Assembly (NCBI GenBank): GCA_010093705.1
Contig: MU006090.1
Coordinates: 2,224,022-2,288,021 of the forward strand
DNA: 64,000 bases
Reading direction: 5' to 3'
Source of the DNA: Patellaria atrata CBS 101060
Lineage: Eukaryota
Positions 48,740 through 61,112 of the stretch are shown one piece after another (within the stretch, counting starts at the first letter, position 1; the number at the start of each line of letters is the position of its first letter). The translations under genes and the position numbers were made by a program. Under the pieces are notes generated by a model. That model did not search any database and was not told the DNA's origin. It saw nothing but the letters and a program-made list of their open reading frames with translations.

Positions 48740-50481
48740 CTAGTTCATCGTAAAAGGAATTATATTCTGGCGTTTTGCCCCGCTTGCTCCTGTTGAGGGA
48801 TCTGCCCACGTACCACCCAGTACGCTTGCCGTCCTCTTTCCGGAAGACGACTCACCAGCAGCGCTGGAACTAACTAACGGTGGTGATGGGACTGCAGGAA
48901 TCTGGTAGAAGGTATTGAATATATGCCTCGCCGCCCTTTCCTGCTGTTTAGCTAGCGAGGCCATGACCAACATCCCCGATTCCGTATCCGACCTGTTGGC
49001 CTGGGGGTTGGTGGAAGAGGACGGACTTTGCTGCTGTGACGTGGCAGCAACCAGCATGGTGGACCGTACCGGACTAGAGGAGGAGGAGGATAGAACGTTA
49101 ACACCGTCCGGTAGGGGCGATGGGAGAAAGGAAAGGGATGAGCTGCTGTGGTGGAGCAGCATCCTGAGCGGGCGGGACGGAGTCGATGGTGGAGGAAGAA
49201 AGAGGGGGATGTTCTGGTAGCAGGCCGCCTAACCTTGTTGTAGGAGAGCTTGGATATTCGACTTGGTATTGCCCGAGCGTACCAACCCTCTGAGGCAAGG
49301 GGTCTACAGGCTCAGAACTTATACTCTGCTGTTCCATCTCAGGGATGATCAGCGCGATGTGTTGCTGACCAGCAGTAGTCTGTTCGGATTGCTCTGACTG
49401 GTATCGGCTTGAAAACGCCCCAACAAGCGCCTGTTCGAATCCTTTTTGTAGCTCGATCCAGTCGTTGTTGCAGAACCACACTTACAGATTCTCGCATACA
49501 GCCATGACGGCCTGGGCATTACTGGTAAGATCAGCTATTGAAGCGCCAGAGGTTACTTGCGCCGCTAGGCTAGCAGCCCTGGCGTCAATCTCCCTGCCCA
49601 GAGTTGCCGAAACGATGGGGTCATTCAGGATCCTTTCGAGTCTCCTCAGTTGGATGGCTTTCTTCTGGACTTGGGAGCAGGTAGCCAGCTCCGCCACCAT
49701 CTCATCGTCGGCCTTGTTGTACTTCACAATTTTCGAAATCCTTTGTAGGATAGCGCCATTTGCGGCGAAACCCTCCACTTTCGTAACTTTTCGATCTTCA
49801 CATCCTTTTTCTCGGAATCCTTTTTGAGCTCTTTCTCATTCCTCTCTAGGTCCCGGATCTTCGATTCTGCATGCTTCTTCTCTTCTTTAACTCTCTCGTA
49901 TGCCTTCTCCATGTCTTTGAGCTTCTCCACAAGCTTCTCATTCTCCCGTTCCGTCTCTTTTTGTATACTACTGGTACACTCTTCTGTGGTCGTCTTCCGT
50001 ACAACCTTCAGACTTTTAGCCTGCACGGCTTCGAACTGACCAATCTTCTCGTTATACTCCCTTCTCTGCTTCAAAGCACGGTTGTAGTTTTCTAGGTCTT
50101 TTGGTGAACCTTGATCTCAAGTTTTTGGATAGTCATTTTTTGCTCGGCTACCTTTTTGTCAAACCCCATTTTATCATATTCAGTTTCAGCCTGTTCTCTC
50201 TTCACTTGTTTCACCATTGCTTCTGATCGTTTAGCCTTGCTCATTGGTGGTCACCCGAGTAGAATTTGAGATCTTCGATCTCTTCTTGTGCACCGGTGAA
50301 GCGATCGACGGTGCGCTTGATTTTAGTAAACAAAGAGCCAGAGATGAACGGGGAACCATCAGGTACAACTAATTTTTGAGCCACGCTTGATACCACCAAT
50401 GAGACTGCTTACTGGACTGAGGAGAGGACAGCTGGCGGTCTGCGTGGCAGAATTGCTGCTCAAGTTTGTTGTTGTAGCCAT
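48740..50481 (-). pseudogene. Degenerate orphan coiled-coil gene with several frame breaks
   Basis: ATG 50481 in CAAAATGG context behind a pyrimidine-rich leader. Successive same-strand coding-like segments (E/K-rich coiled coil 49724-50074, then 49482-49778, 49098-49481, 48740-49162) change frame near 50250, 50100, 49790 and 49130 without clear introns. Confidence 0.55.
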
Positions 50482-51664
50482 TTTGACGACTTCGAAAATG
50501 AATCGAGATAAAATTGGTGTAGGTATGTATTATTGAAGGATATTAGCTTTCTCGTATGTAGGAAGTGTGCGATGTTGGTGTTACTTGCTATTGCTTGAGA
50601 AAGGTAAACAGGAAGAAGAGGAAGGGGGAAGACCAGGTCGATTCAAAGGTTATGCGTACAAACGGGCAGGTGAGAGACCTTCACGTAAGCGGGGAGTGGT
50701 TAGGCACTATTGCACAATAGTATGTTGTTATTGTACTTGATATGTGAATAAGTAATGTCGGGATCATGCGCGTAACTCCGCTTCCAGTCCACGCGCGACG
50801 GTCCGCAATACAATGACATTCACCAATTCCATGGAATATATACCCGGGTATTGTTGCATGACAATGCCTTCACCGTGCACATGGATTTATTTGTAGAGGG
50901 TACCGCTCATCTGCTGCGAAGAGCTCATCCCTAGTTAAGATTGGTACTCCTGAGTTGCTACACGCTTGCTATGCACTTGCTATTCCCTCCTCATCAAGAT
51001 ACCTCGTTCTTCAATAGCAATAGCATATCATATACGGTCCATAGGTTCGTACAGCTTCAGCCCTTATTACAGTCTGATTCAATACGTGTAATGGAATTAG
51101 AGGCTCCTTTCTGATAGGAACCGCACAGTAGGTCAGACTGCTCGAAGGGAGGAAGAATTACTATTGCGGCATTCCTTCCATAATCCTGAATGGGCCAATA
51201 CGCAGTCATCATTGTACAGAACCTATTCCCCCCCTCGGGGAAATTGAAATGAGAATCATATCAATGTTAGATTTTATTCCCAATTATTTAGAGAAAAAAA
51301 AAGGGCCTATGATATATACTAATATTGGTTAACCAACGTGGACATATTGACTACGTTGATAAGTACTCATTAGATACGTGATATCGTAGTTTGGTATAAT
51401 AACCATGATGAAGATAACGTTTGATTAAATGAAGTGGTACGTACCCCTTCGTACGGCAAGCAAACTGAAAACTTGTCGTGACTAATTGTTAGAACTTCAG
51501 AACGAAAGTTCCAGTATTCACTTCCCCTACAGTCTACCGTAGCCGCTTTACTTATTTTACCTACCCCTGAGCAGCTTCAAGTGGACATTCATATTAGTGA
51601 ATATTGAAAATAGAATTTCCGATGCCTAATGGCCTCTTCGAAGTTAAATGGACAGTTATAACAT

Positions 51665-53859
51665 CTACTGTAGCCTTTCAAGCAGTAATCTTGCGCCTAA
51701 GTTTCCCTTCCATTTTTGATCAACCTTTTTCTGAGTCCCATTCTCTGCCTTTTTGGACTTAGCAGGCTCCTCATCCTTACCACCAATTTCCGCAGCTTTC
51801 CTGATCTCTTTCCTTTTCTTCTTTAATGCTTTCAATAGTGCCTCGGAATGACTGAAATCCTCAGCCTCAATCATATTGACGATCACGAAACTACTCTGCC
51901 CGATCGCCCAGTCACCAACCCACTCCTTCACGACTTCGTACAACGCGTTACCAAATTCTAACGGGGGATTTGCCCGTACAATCTCCTTCGACTCAACGTT
52001 GAACCGGCCTCCTTGAACCAGTGTCTTAAGCATCCTACCTGCATGACTTGAATTTGCTATGTGCTTCTCAGCATTCGGGTCTCCAGCTGCGGTTACAGCA
52101 ACAGCAGAGACCGCAGCAGATTTGTCACCCGAGGCCTCAAGCAAAGCATCGGTAATGAGGTGGCACCCATATCCTGTCGTTACCAAGTCCTGCGCTCGTG
52201 CTACAATGGTCGAAAGTATCGGCGTGGAAATACCCCGGATGAGCTCCTCACGTCGCGTTGCAGGGTCTTTCTTGCTTGTATCTTTCCTGATTTCAACAAC
52301 TTTCTTCATCAGGTTGACAACATGGGTAGGTATAAGATGGCGAGATATACCGGTAAGCGGATACATGAGAGCTGCTCGTCCTATGATATGGTTTGTTAGA
52401 CTCAAGACCTTCTCATATTGCGCGTCTCCGGGTTCTTTTCCGATAAGCTCAGGAAAAATGGATTTCGAGGTCGTGACCGTGTCGTCAATAACTTCGTATG
52501 CTGTAAGCAGGATTTGATGACCGTGTTTGTCGAAGGCTAACGACTCAATATTGTCTTTGTACGCTTTTAGAATATGCCGCCTGTCTTTGGGTGTTCCGTA
52601 TGCGAGAGTAAAGCATATGACCTGAGAGCCAGAAGCGGTGAAGGCCAGATTCTTGAGGAGATCGCCTTCTTCATCGCCTTTGAGCAGCTCTAAAAACTCT
52701 GCGCTTTCCTCTGAACTTGGCTTTAAGTTTAAGTAGTACTGCAACATTGCATCATGAAGCATTGTGAATGCTGTCATTTTTTTCTGAACCAGTTGGTTAA
52801 TCATACGATGAAGATACTTCAGAATCGGAGTACGCTTCTCAGGTGCGGTTGTAAGGATAGACGAGAGGTCAGCGGTCGAATCCTTTTCCGAAGATTCAAA
52901 AAGCGAAAATTCAGCGCCGTACCATTCACGGAGGAGGATGGCTTTCTGCGATTTAGTAGCAACCCCACGGTAAATGTCGTCTAGGATCCAAGCAGCTTCC
53001 GGGTGGTTTATAAGACGCTTAACGTGGCCGTAAAATTCAGGGACAATCATGTCGCGGACTTTATCACCACTAAACAAGTCCGTCAGTTAGACAAGTAGAT
53101 GAAAGTATGCTCCACGACTTACCCGCTAACTATTAGTTTGGCAACTAGGAATTTGGCATACCGACTCTCCGCCAGAGTCTTGTAGTCTCCTTTCAGCTCT
53201 TGTGCGATCATGATGCGTTGTTCCGCATTCGCATATTTCAATGCACATTGTACGGCTCTGACAGCATCATGCTTGAACACGAAATCCTTAATTTTCCCCG
53301 TAATAATGTCAAACAGCTCCTCTACCAGCTGCTGTCGCTCCTCTTTGGCTACGGCAGATTTTATACGCAAACGTTCCCAGATCTTCTTGGACCGATGAAT
53401 CGAATTAGCATTGGGTTTCGCCGCTTTCCGCTCTTTGGCAAGAGCTTTCTGTTTTGCGTGAGTTTCTCGAGAATTTGTTCCTGGACGAGGTTAGATCTCA
53501 TTCTACGTCAGTCCTTGAGATTTTATACCGTTCAAAATAGTGGATGGACCTCCACCTGAGATATTCTTCTGAAGTGATGGTTTGCTGCTTCGGGGAAGAC
53601 GTGCGCCTTCATGTTCCTCGTCTTCACTGTGGGTATCTTCAAGATCTTTTGAATCGCCTTCCTTGGCGGAAAACCCATAGAACCCGTTGTCATCCTCTGA
53701 GGTATCGGATTCAATGAGCTCTTCTGATTCGAATTCGACTTTCCCTTCACTCTTTTTGCTAGGAATAGCTGGCTTTCCCACCGTACTTATGGGTTTGAGT
53801 TTCTTCGACTTCACGGATTTAGTAATGTCACTTTCTTGCTTACGTTTAATCCCAGCCAT
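51665..53859 (-). CDS. PUF6: Pumilio-repeat ribosome biogenesis protein Puf6
   Basis: K/E-rich N-terminus, KKIWERLR, FVFKHDAVRAVQCALKY, ESRYAKFLVAKL, EFYGHVKRLINHPEAAWILDDIY and TSKKDP. Introns about 53482-53529 and 53070-53122. Confidence 0.9.
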
Positions 53860-54410
53860 ATTTGAATAGCGTCACAATGCTTCGTTCCACGAAGAGCCTA
53901 ATGGTATCAAGAAATGGAGTTGCACGCCTTTGAAGTTCCCAGAGGAGCAAGATAATTTTTCTGCCAACGCCAAGGATGATCGGCGTTTACCTGGTTGAAG
54001 TGCCGTCACCGCCCAGATCCCCTTAAAAACCAACTTCGAAAGGGAGATCGGATACGGGTAACTCAAATGAACGATGGTCCGTTAGTACCGCATTCTCAAA
54101 GTACAGTAACAATATAGACGGATGAAGATACAAAAAGACTACATGTATTCGTCTTCAGGATGGCGGTTCATATTCGGATACTCTGTAGAATTTGTATGTA
54201 TTCAATCATGCTATTACATTAATACGTCTCGCGAACAGGACGAGTCCATTTCATGCTGGAAGTTAGGCCATCTATCGCAAAGGTTATCGATCCCTCCAGT
54301 TGCTTATGTCACAGAAGCTCTATCCATAACGCCATTCCCCGAAACCAACTACCAGGAGTAATCGATAGTAGCAATGGTATTGTCCCACTTAAGAGACCAA
54401 TCGAGATTGT

Positions 54411-55296
54411 CTAGACAGACACCTCGGGGCTTTGCTTGGTCTCATTCTTGGGCATCGGCCTGAGCTCTGACCCCGTTCCGCTTTGCCCTCGCTTACGTCC
54501 TGTGAAATGAAATCCATGATGGCTCGAAGATGGTCTACTCTCCGAGTGTGAATGATCGTTGTTAGAGTCGCCGAACCGGGAGAACAAGCTACGCTTCTTC
54601 GGTTTGACTTCATCGTTTAACCCTACGTCCTCAAATCCCTCTTCTGTGGTTGTTTCTGGTCTGTCGATGCGACGATCTTGAAATGATGACCGGGGCGGGT
54701 TCAGTCTCCGGGTGTCGAGACTCTGGCGAGGGCTGTGAACGTCCGGTATAGGCGATCGTGCTGAGATGTCCTGTGACAATCATAAGCAACGGTAAAATAC
54801 AGCGATGTACAGGGAGTACCAACAAATGAACGTCTATAAGAGTCGAAAGATTCGCGTGAAATACTGAATGGCTCCTCGCTGAGAACACTCCTATGCGACG
54901 ATGCGGTCGAGCCATTTGACCTCGTCTGCCAAAAGGACTTCTTCTCCGGAGGAGAGGGCTATGTCAAAATATCAGTTTTCTTCCTACCGGCAAAGGCGTA
55001 AAATAGGATGCTCGTGGTGAGTCTATACCGGAAGATAAACGCCGCTGTCACTGATCTCTACCATACGTCAGCTACCGACCGTCTCATGTTATTGACATAA
55101 GTTAGAGAAAATCGTTCTGTTAGAAGGCAGGCATACCGCTCAACTTATATTCCACGGGCTCTTTGATCTCAATTGCCTTAGACCCCGTAAGTTTTGTTTC
55201 CCTGAAGCCTCGATCGTCATTGGTGAAGGGGCGGTTTTCATCCTGAGTCTCGACCCCGCCAGCGGGTTTCCTGGTAAAGGGATTGCGAATAGGCAT
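54411..55296 (-). CDS. Small fungal hypothetical protein
   Basis: Four exons splice to MPIRNPF..EPVEYKLS|EISDSGVYLP|PSPPEKKSFW..SISRESFDSYRRSF|DISARSP..FEDVGL..GRKRGQSGTGSEL. Confidence 0.78.
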
Positions 55297-57214
55297 ATTC
55301 GGTAATTTAATTGAGAGAAAGGAAGAAGGATTCAAACTGTCACGCTCGTGGGAATAGAATGCACAGGTATTCTGCAAGATGGAAAGGCTCAGCTAATTTG
55401 GGAAGACGGAGTTGGACGGAAATGTCAGCGGTTGTAAGCAGAAGTGCAGAAAGCGCAGGTCCCGCTCCTTGGGGATTTCAGGGTGCAAGGATCCGACCTG
55501 AAGGTAAGGGTTCTATGCGTCATGAACGGGAGTAGTAGATCCCGCTGCCCGATCTAGGTCATATAACCTTATTAAGGGACTGTAAAGATTATATAATAAT
55601 GGGATTTTCCCGTCTGACAAGGTAGGGTCACGTAAGGTATTTATGATTGAAATTAATTCTTTCGTAAGGTAGGTAAGTTAATCATCTCGAACATAGAGCG
55701 TTCCCGTCTGCCATTCTTCTTTATCATTATTAGATCGCGTTGGCTTTGTCTTTGGTCGCCTATCTGACTTGGCGATTTCCGCGAACAACCTCCCATGTTC
55801 CAAGGCACCTCAATCTACTACAACTCCACAAGATGAGCCCTTTCATCGCCAGGCAAGTCAGAAATAATCTCCGCGCCCCTTGTTTGTCTGATCAGGTACG
55901 ATCTTAGAGATCAGAGCTAATAATACGACTTCATACTCGAACTACATTGTACCTCAGCATTTTGCTCTGCCACATCAGGACGTAGGACAATAAAGAGGAA
56001 CTGTTTCTCGTTAAGAGCATGGGATACAAGGAAACTTACACGACAGGGGCGGTGTGCTCTTTGCATTACGAGTTACCGTTCATAACGTTAAATGAAATTT
56101 GGAAGATGACCTTATGAAGATATCTTAGCGTTGACTCCGTTTCCGCTACGATGACCAAGGCTGAGTGGGCAAATTTTCATTTTATCACAGAAAACCGGCG
56201 TCGATGGTAGATGTTCATGTCATGATCGTCTCCGAGATCGAAGGTTGTACAGTACATTGTGATGTTCACGTCATGCTAGAATCGAACCTGATGACCCTGA
56301 TTGTGCAATAATAATGCTATAAATTCGATCATTGTACTGATGATCTTCTTGGTTATCTCTCCATCTATTTGGAATCTCCCTAAGTCTTTATATCGACGTG
56401 AAGTTTTTGTATCCCTGCGACTTTGCATTTGTACCCTATCAATACGCGTAGCTGCATATATAGCACATATTGGCCACGAGGAAAGAACTGAGGGTACTAC
56501 GCAGGTGATGAGTCTGTACCTGAGCGGTGACACATAAGGTATCCATGAATCCCTAAGACAGATTGCGTTAAGACTTCCCTTTGACGACTCACATTTGATC
56601 TATGAACAGATACCAGACCCATATCACCAAACTCAAAAACAGTGGAGGTCCAACCCAAGAAACATATACCAAGCTCTGAGGTGGATATCATTCACATCAG
56701 ATTGTTTGCCATCTTCACTTTCCGAGGCGGGCTGCAGGTGGGATGTTTCAGTAAGGTACCTTACCTTATGTTTGTTCTCATCGTTAGAGAAGGCAGGCAC
56801 GACCAACGCCCAATGACTTTACCTTAATAAGTCGGATTTGTTAATGAGAATCACCTCCCGTCGGGTGTACCTCCACTTAGGTCAGCTTCTGCGAGGTCTT
56901 TCCAAAACTCAACCAACCTCAACCTACAGAGTAAATCATTACCTTACCTTACGTTGCCCTACCGAACCTGCAAGACTAAGCACGCCTACCGCGTCTATCC
57001 CGTATCATACCCACCATTCTACCTTATCTACCCGACTCGACTGGATTCTACCTCAGCTCCCGAGGCGTGTATTCATTATTTCCGGTCCTCTCGCTGTCTG
57101 TAGCTCGCGCTATCACTCACGCGCTCACTCGTTTGCAACTTTATTTCCTCTCTACCACCAAAGAACTTGGATCAACTTTTCTTTTTGCAATTCTTTCGAT
57201 ATCCTCACATCGTA

Positions 57215-58695
57215 ATGGGTACTTTCTTCGTGAGTTGGCAATTATGGCAGGAATTGACCTTCGTAAGTGACTTCCAGATCGCAGCTATCGGTAACTACTC
57301 ACTGATGCTCATCCTCTCAGGTTCTAGCATGCTCACTTGTATGTCCACATCCACAACCATTCCGTGTGATCTACTGATTTATCGTAGGTCCTGACTCTCC
57401 TCGCCGGTTGTTTGAAACTACTATTTGAAAACAGAAGGATCCGCCGTCTCCATAACAACACTCGAGCAGGAGAAAAGGAGAGGATGCAGATATCAGAACA
57501 ACTTAGGGTGGATGAAGAGACGGCCCAAGTTTTGTTCGGAATACGCGCGCTTGAGAGCGGAATTGAAGTCGAAGGTGTTTGGATTTCGAGAACGAATACG
57601 CCTGCTCAGAATAGCCCCGCAACCTCCATCGCATCTATCCCATATGAAACTTCTTTCGAGACTAGCTTCTCGAGTCTCGAGCTGTCCTTGCCTCAACCAA
57701 CGTCCCCTCTTGCGGCAGATGCGAGGCCGCAAACTGGACTGGCGAATACATATTCAGGTTCTGAATCACCCATAGATGGAGTTGAACTTTTAGTTCCTTC
57801 GCCGATATCTCCCTATCCGGTAAATCGACTCTCACGCGCGAAAAGGCCTTCAAGCAACGGGTATTCCCAGCTGAGGCAGTCAACAACCTCGAGCTCACTT
57901 GAAAATTTGGAAGAGCTAGCTACAAAGCATGAAGAAGATGGTAAGTGGAATATGGAACTTGCAATACCCTCGCATATTAAGGACGGGGATATAGAAGCGA
58001 ACAAAGGACAAAGGATGGTCGATAATGATGAAACCGTCTTGCCTTATATCCACGAATCCCTCATTTCAGACCCGACCGGAGACCTCACAGACCCAAGAAT
58101 ATATGATCCCAATGGTGATCTCGATCTCCTCCGGACCCACCGCATGTCACACGTTGCTGAGACAGGTCAATTAAGACCGCGCCCTCGGATTGCTAGATCA
58201 AGTAGTCCTAGGCCAGACATGCGCGAATCACTTGACATCTTAGGCTTAACGGGCGAAACTCAACACAACCCTTCATTGTCATGTTCTCGTCACCCATCAC
58301 CTTCCCGTTCCGTAACATCTCTCGACGAGAGGCCGATCGCGTCGTCAACACCAATTTCGGAAGACAAACTATCGAACATAGCAAAGCAAAACAAGATTTC
58401 CTTGATACTGGAAAGAGAAAGCTTCCAAATAGCGCCGGAGGACGTTGTCCGGGAGGAAATTCCAATTCCATTGGCGGCCATAGAAGTGGGCACATTTAGG
58501 CACGAGAATCGCAATTCTCAAGTGCTGCGCAAGGTCAACTCCGGCTTTGAGATCCTAAAACCGGGTACGTTTACTACCGCAGCGCCTGATAACGCTACAG
58601 AGGTAAGTCAAAAGAGACAGTCGAAAAAGTTGCAGAAGAAGAGACCAGGATCTTCCTCTTCCCGCAAATCATTTGGCTCTGTAGACCACATGTGA
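57215..58695 (+). CDS. Fungal single-pass membrane hypothetical protein
   Basis: MGTFFVSWQLWQELTF|VLACSL|VLTLLAGCLKL across introns 57263-57320 and 57339-57387. Later motifs FGIRALESGIEVEGVWISRTNTP, HRMSHVAETGQL and RKVNSGFEILKPGT. Confidence 0.78.
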
Positions 58696-59124
58696 TGCTG
58701 GAGAGCGTCCTAGTGGTTCTAACCGAACAGACAAGTCGTCGTATTGAGACGATTGGGGATAGAGGTAAAGGTATTTGGGTTGCGAATTGCGGGCTGGAGA
58801 ATGATAAGACCATAGATTGTAATTATGGACCTGTATATCAAGGCATTTTGGACTGCATTAGGAGAGTTTTGTAATGTGTCTCAGCTTTCTGCTTGGATGA
58901 TGATATGGAATCTTGAGAGTCTGGTTTGGAACGAGTGACGATCGCATAGCGAAATCAGTGTTTTTCTATTAGTTAGCCGCATGTTGTGTGCTATAAGTCC
59001 CGTCACTTCTATCTGAGAGGATTGTAATGTACCGCGAGATCCATGGATGAGGTGATGTCGTCCTAGGGCAGGCGAATTACCTAAGTCAGAGCAAGGATGG
59101 AGGAGTCACGTTATCCAGACCACA

Positions 59125-59165
59125 TTTCGCGTTTGCCAATGTCGCGTTTACACCCCCGCGCGTCG
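59125..59165 (+). promoter_or_regulatory. Cluster of three MCB/SCB-like CGCG elements upstream of RAD51
   Basis: tttcgcgttt, gtcgcgttt and cgcgcgtcg within 40 nt, about 170-200 nt before the ATG. Confidence 0.55.
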
Positions 59166-59331
59166 CCACATAAAGTTACACCTCGGAAATCAACATTGTT
59201 TCGATTTTCTTGTTCTAGGTCCCGCCTTCCACATATACAACCATATTAGTTTACAACGAATATCAACGTTCAAATTCCGGCAAAGCCTTTTGATTAAACC
59301 TCTACCACTATTGTCTCAGATCGCAGTAAAC

Positions 59332-60673
59332 ATGAGCGCTGAAGAAGATCAATTCGATGACGGTAACTTGGGAGGTCCTGGCGCTCCGACGCCGCTTTCA
59401 GCTTTGGAGGTATGCTTCCTGCGATTGAGAACCTTTAAAGTAGTAGAGCTCTAACACATGCTAAGGGCGTAAACGGTCTTACTGCCAGGGATATTAAGCT
59501 AATAGTAGAGGGAGGGTACAATACTGTGGAGAGTGTAGCTTATACGTAAGTGTTTCCCGTATGAGAGGTTAAAAGTCAGATATCTGAGCGATTTAATTCA
59601 CTGTGGTAACGACCTGAGGTTAGGGGAGCGCGACCCCTAAAGAAGGAATCTCAATGCGGCGTGGATATATTTAGCTGACACTGAAAAGACCGAGGAAAGC
59701 CTTGGAACAGATAAAAGGAATATCGGAGCAGAAAGCGTCTAAAATCCTGGCGGAAGGTAACTTTCTCTGCTTGAAATGCGTCTCTGGAAAAAGAATTGCT
59801 GATTTTCGTTAGCTGCCAAACTTGTTCCCATGGGTTTTACAACTGCGACGGAAATGCACCAGAGAAGAAGCGAATTGATCTCAATAACGACTGGCTCTAA
59901 ACAACTGGATACTCTTTTAGCAGGTGGAGTAGAGACGGGTTCGATCACAGAGATCTTTGGGGAGTTTAGAACTGGGAAGAGTCAAATCTGTCATACACTC
60001 GCGGTTACCTGCCAACTACCGTTCGATATGGGTGGAGGAGAGGGTAAATGTCTGTATATCGACACCGAAGGCACATTCAGGTAAATTGCTTCATGTTACG
60101 GAAATGAATGTTGCACTAACGAAACCCAGGCCCGTCCGATGCCTCGCTGTCGCCAACCGCTATGGATTATCGGGAGAGGAAGTTCTTGACAACATAGCCT
60201 ATGCCCGTGCCTACAATTGTGATCATCAATTGCAGCTACTCAACCAGGCTGCGCAGATGATGACCGAAACCCGCTTCTCCTTACTCGTTGTTGACTCGGC
60301 CACGTCGCTCTACCGGACCGATTTTATGGGCCGTGGGGAGCTCTCATCTAGACAAACTCATCTCGCAAAATTCATGCGTACACTGCAGCGCCTGGCGGAT
60401 GAGTTCGGCATAGCAGTGGTCATTACAAATCAGGTGGTCGCCCAGGTTGACGGTGGCCCCTCCGCCATGTTCAACCCAGATCCGAAAAAGCCCATTGGGG
60501 GTAACATTATTGCGCACGCTAGTACTACAAGGTTGAGTTTGAAGAAAGGGAGGGGGGAGACAAGAATATGCAAGATATACGATAGTCCATGTTTACCAGA
60601 GAGCGATTGCATGTTCGCTATCAATGAAGACGGAATTGGAGACCCTAGTCCCAAGGATCTTGAGAGGGATTAG
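59332..60673 (+). CDS. RAD51: Recombinase Rad51 (uvsC/mei-3 orthologue)
   Basis: [20 protein letters not shown], Walker [15 protein letters not shown] and [15 protein letters not shown]. Introns 59410-59465, 59546-59688, 59757-59811 and 60081-60130. Confidence 0.97.
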
Positions 60674-61112
60674 TGTATCAATGAGGAAATTCTTAGGGTT
60701 GTAGATCTTAAAGCGCATCTGTTATTACCCACGACGTTGGTGCTGTTCTCTGTACGTGATTGACTGCTGAGTTGATATGGTGTAATACTCTGCATGGCGT
60801 AGAGGTGTCATTCCAGATATCCTCCTCTGGGCTAATTGATAAATCTGAATGTTGATGTTGATATTTATACCCGTTAAGTGGACGAAATCTGTTATACATC
60901 TAAATAAAAGTTATTGCCGTACCTACCACAGATCTGGATTGAAGTGACATGTGGCCCAAGCTCCTTGCTCCTAAGTGCGCGCCCTAAGTAGTTCTACTTT
61001 TGTAAAACGCGAAAACACAAACCTCTCACAATCTACTAGATAAACCATCAACCCAAGACAACGACAACGACAATAATCGCTCGAGCAGAAATTGCGCCTA
61101 TATGGCCCGGCC

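Noticed and set aside
50581..51025. Weak inverted similarity (TTGCTATTGC..GAGAAAGGTA versus TACCT..TTCAATAGCAATAGCA) as possible TIRs
   Set aside because: Too degenerate and low-complexity, with no TSD or transposase.
51404..51468. ATGATGA...CTGA pair, with a similar pair at 56113-56164
   Set aside because: Too short and no identifiable antisense element.
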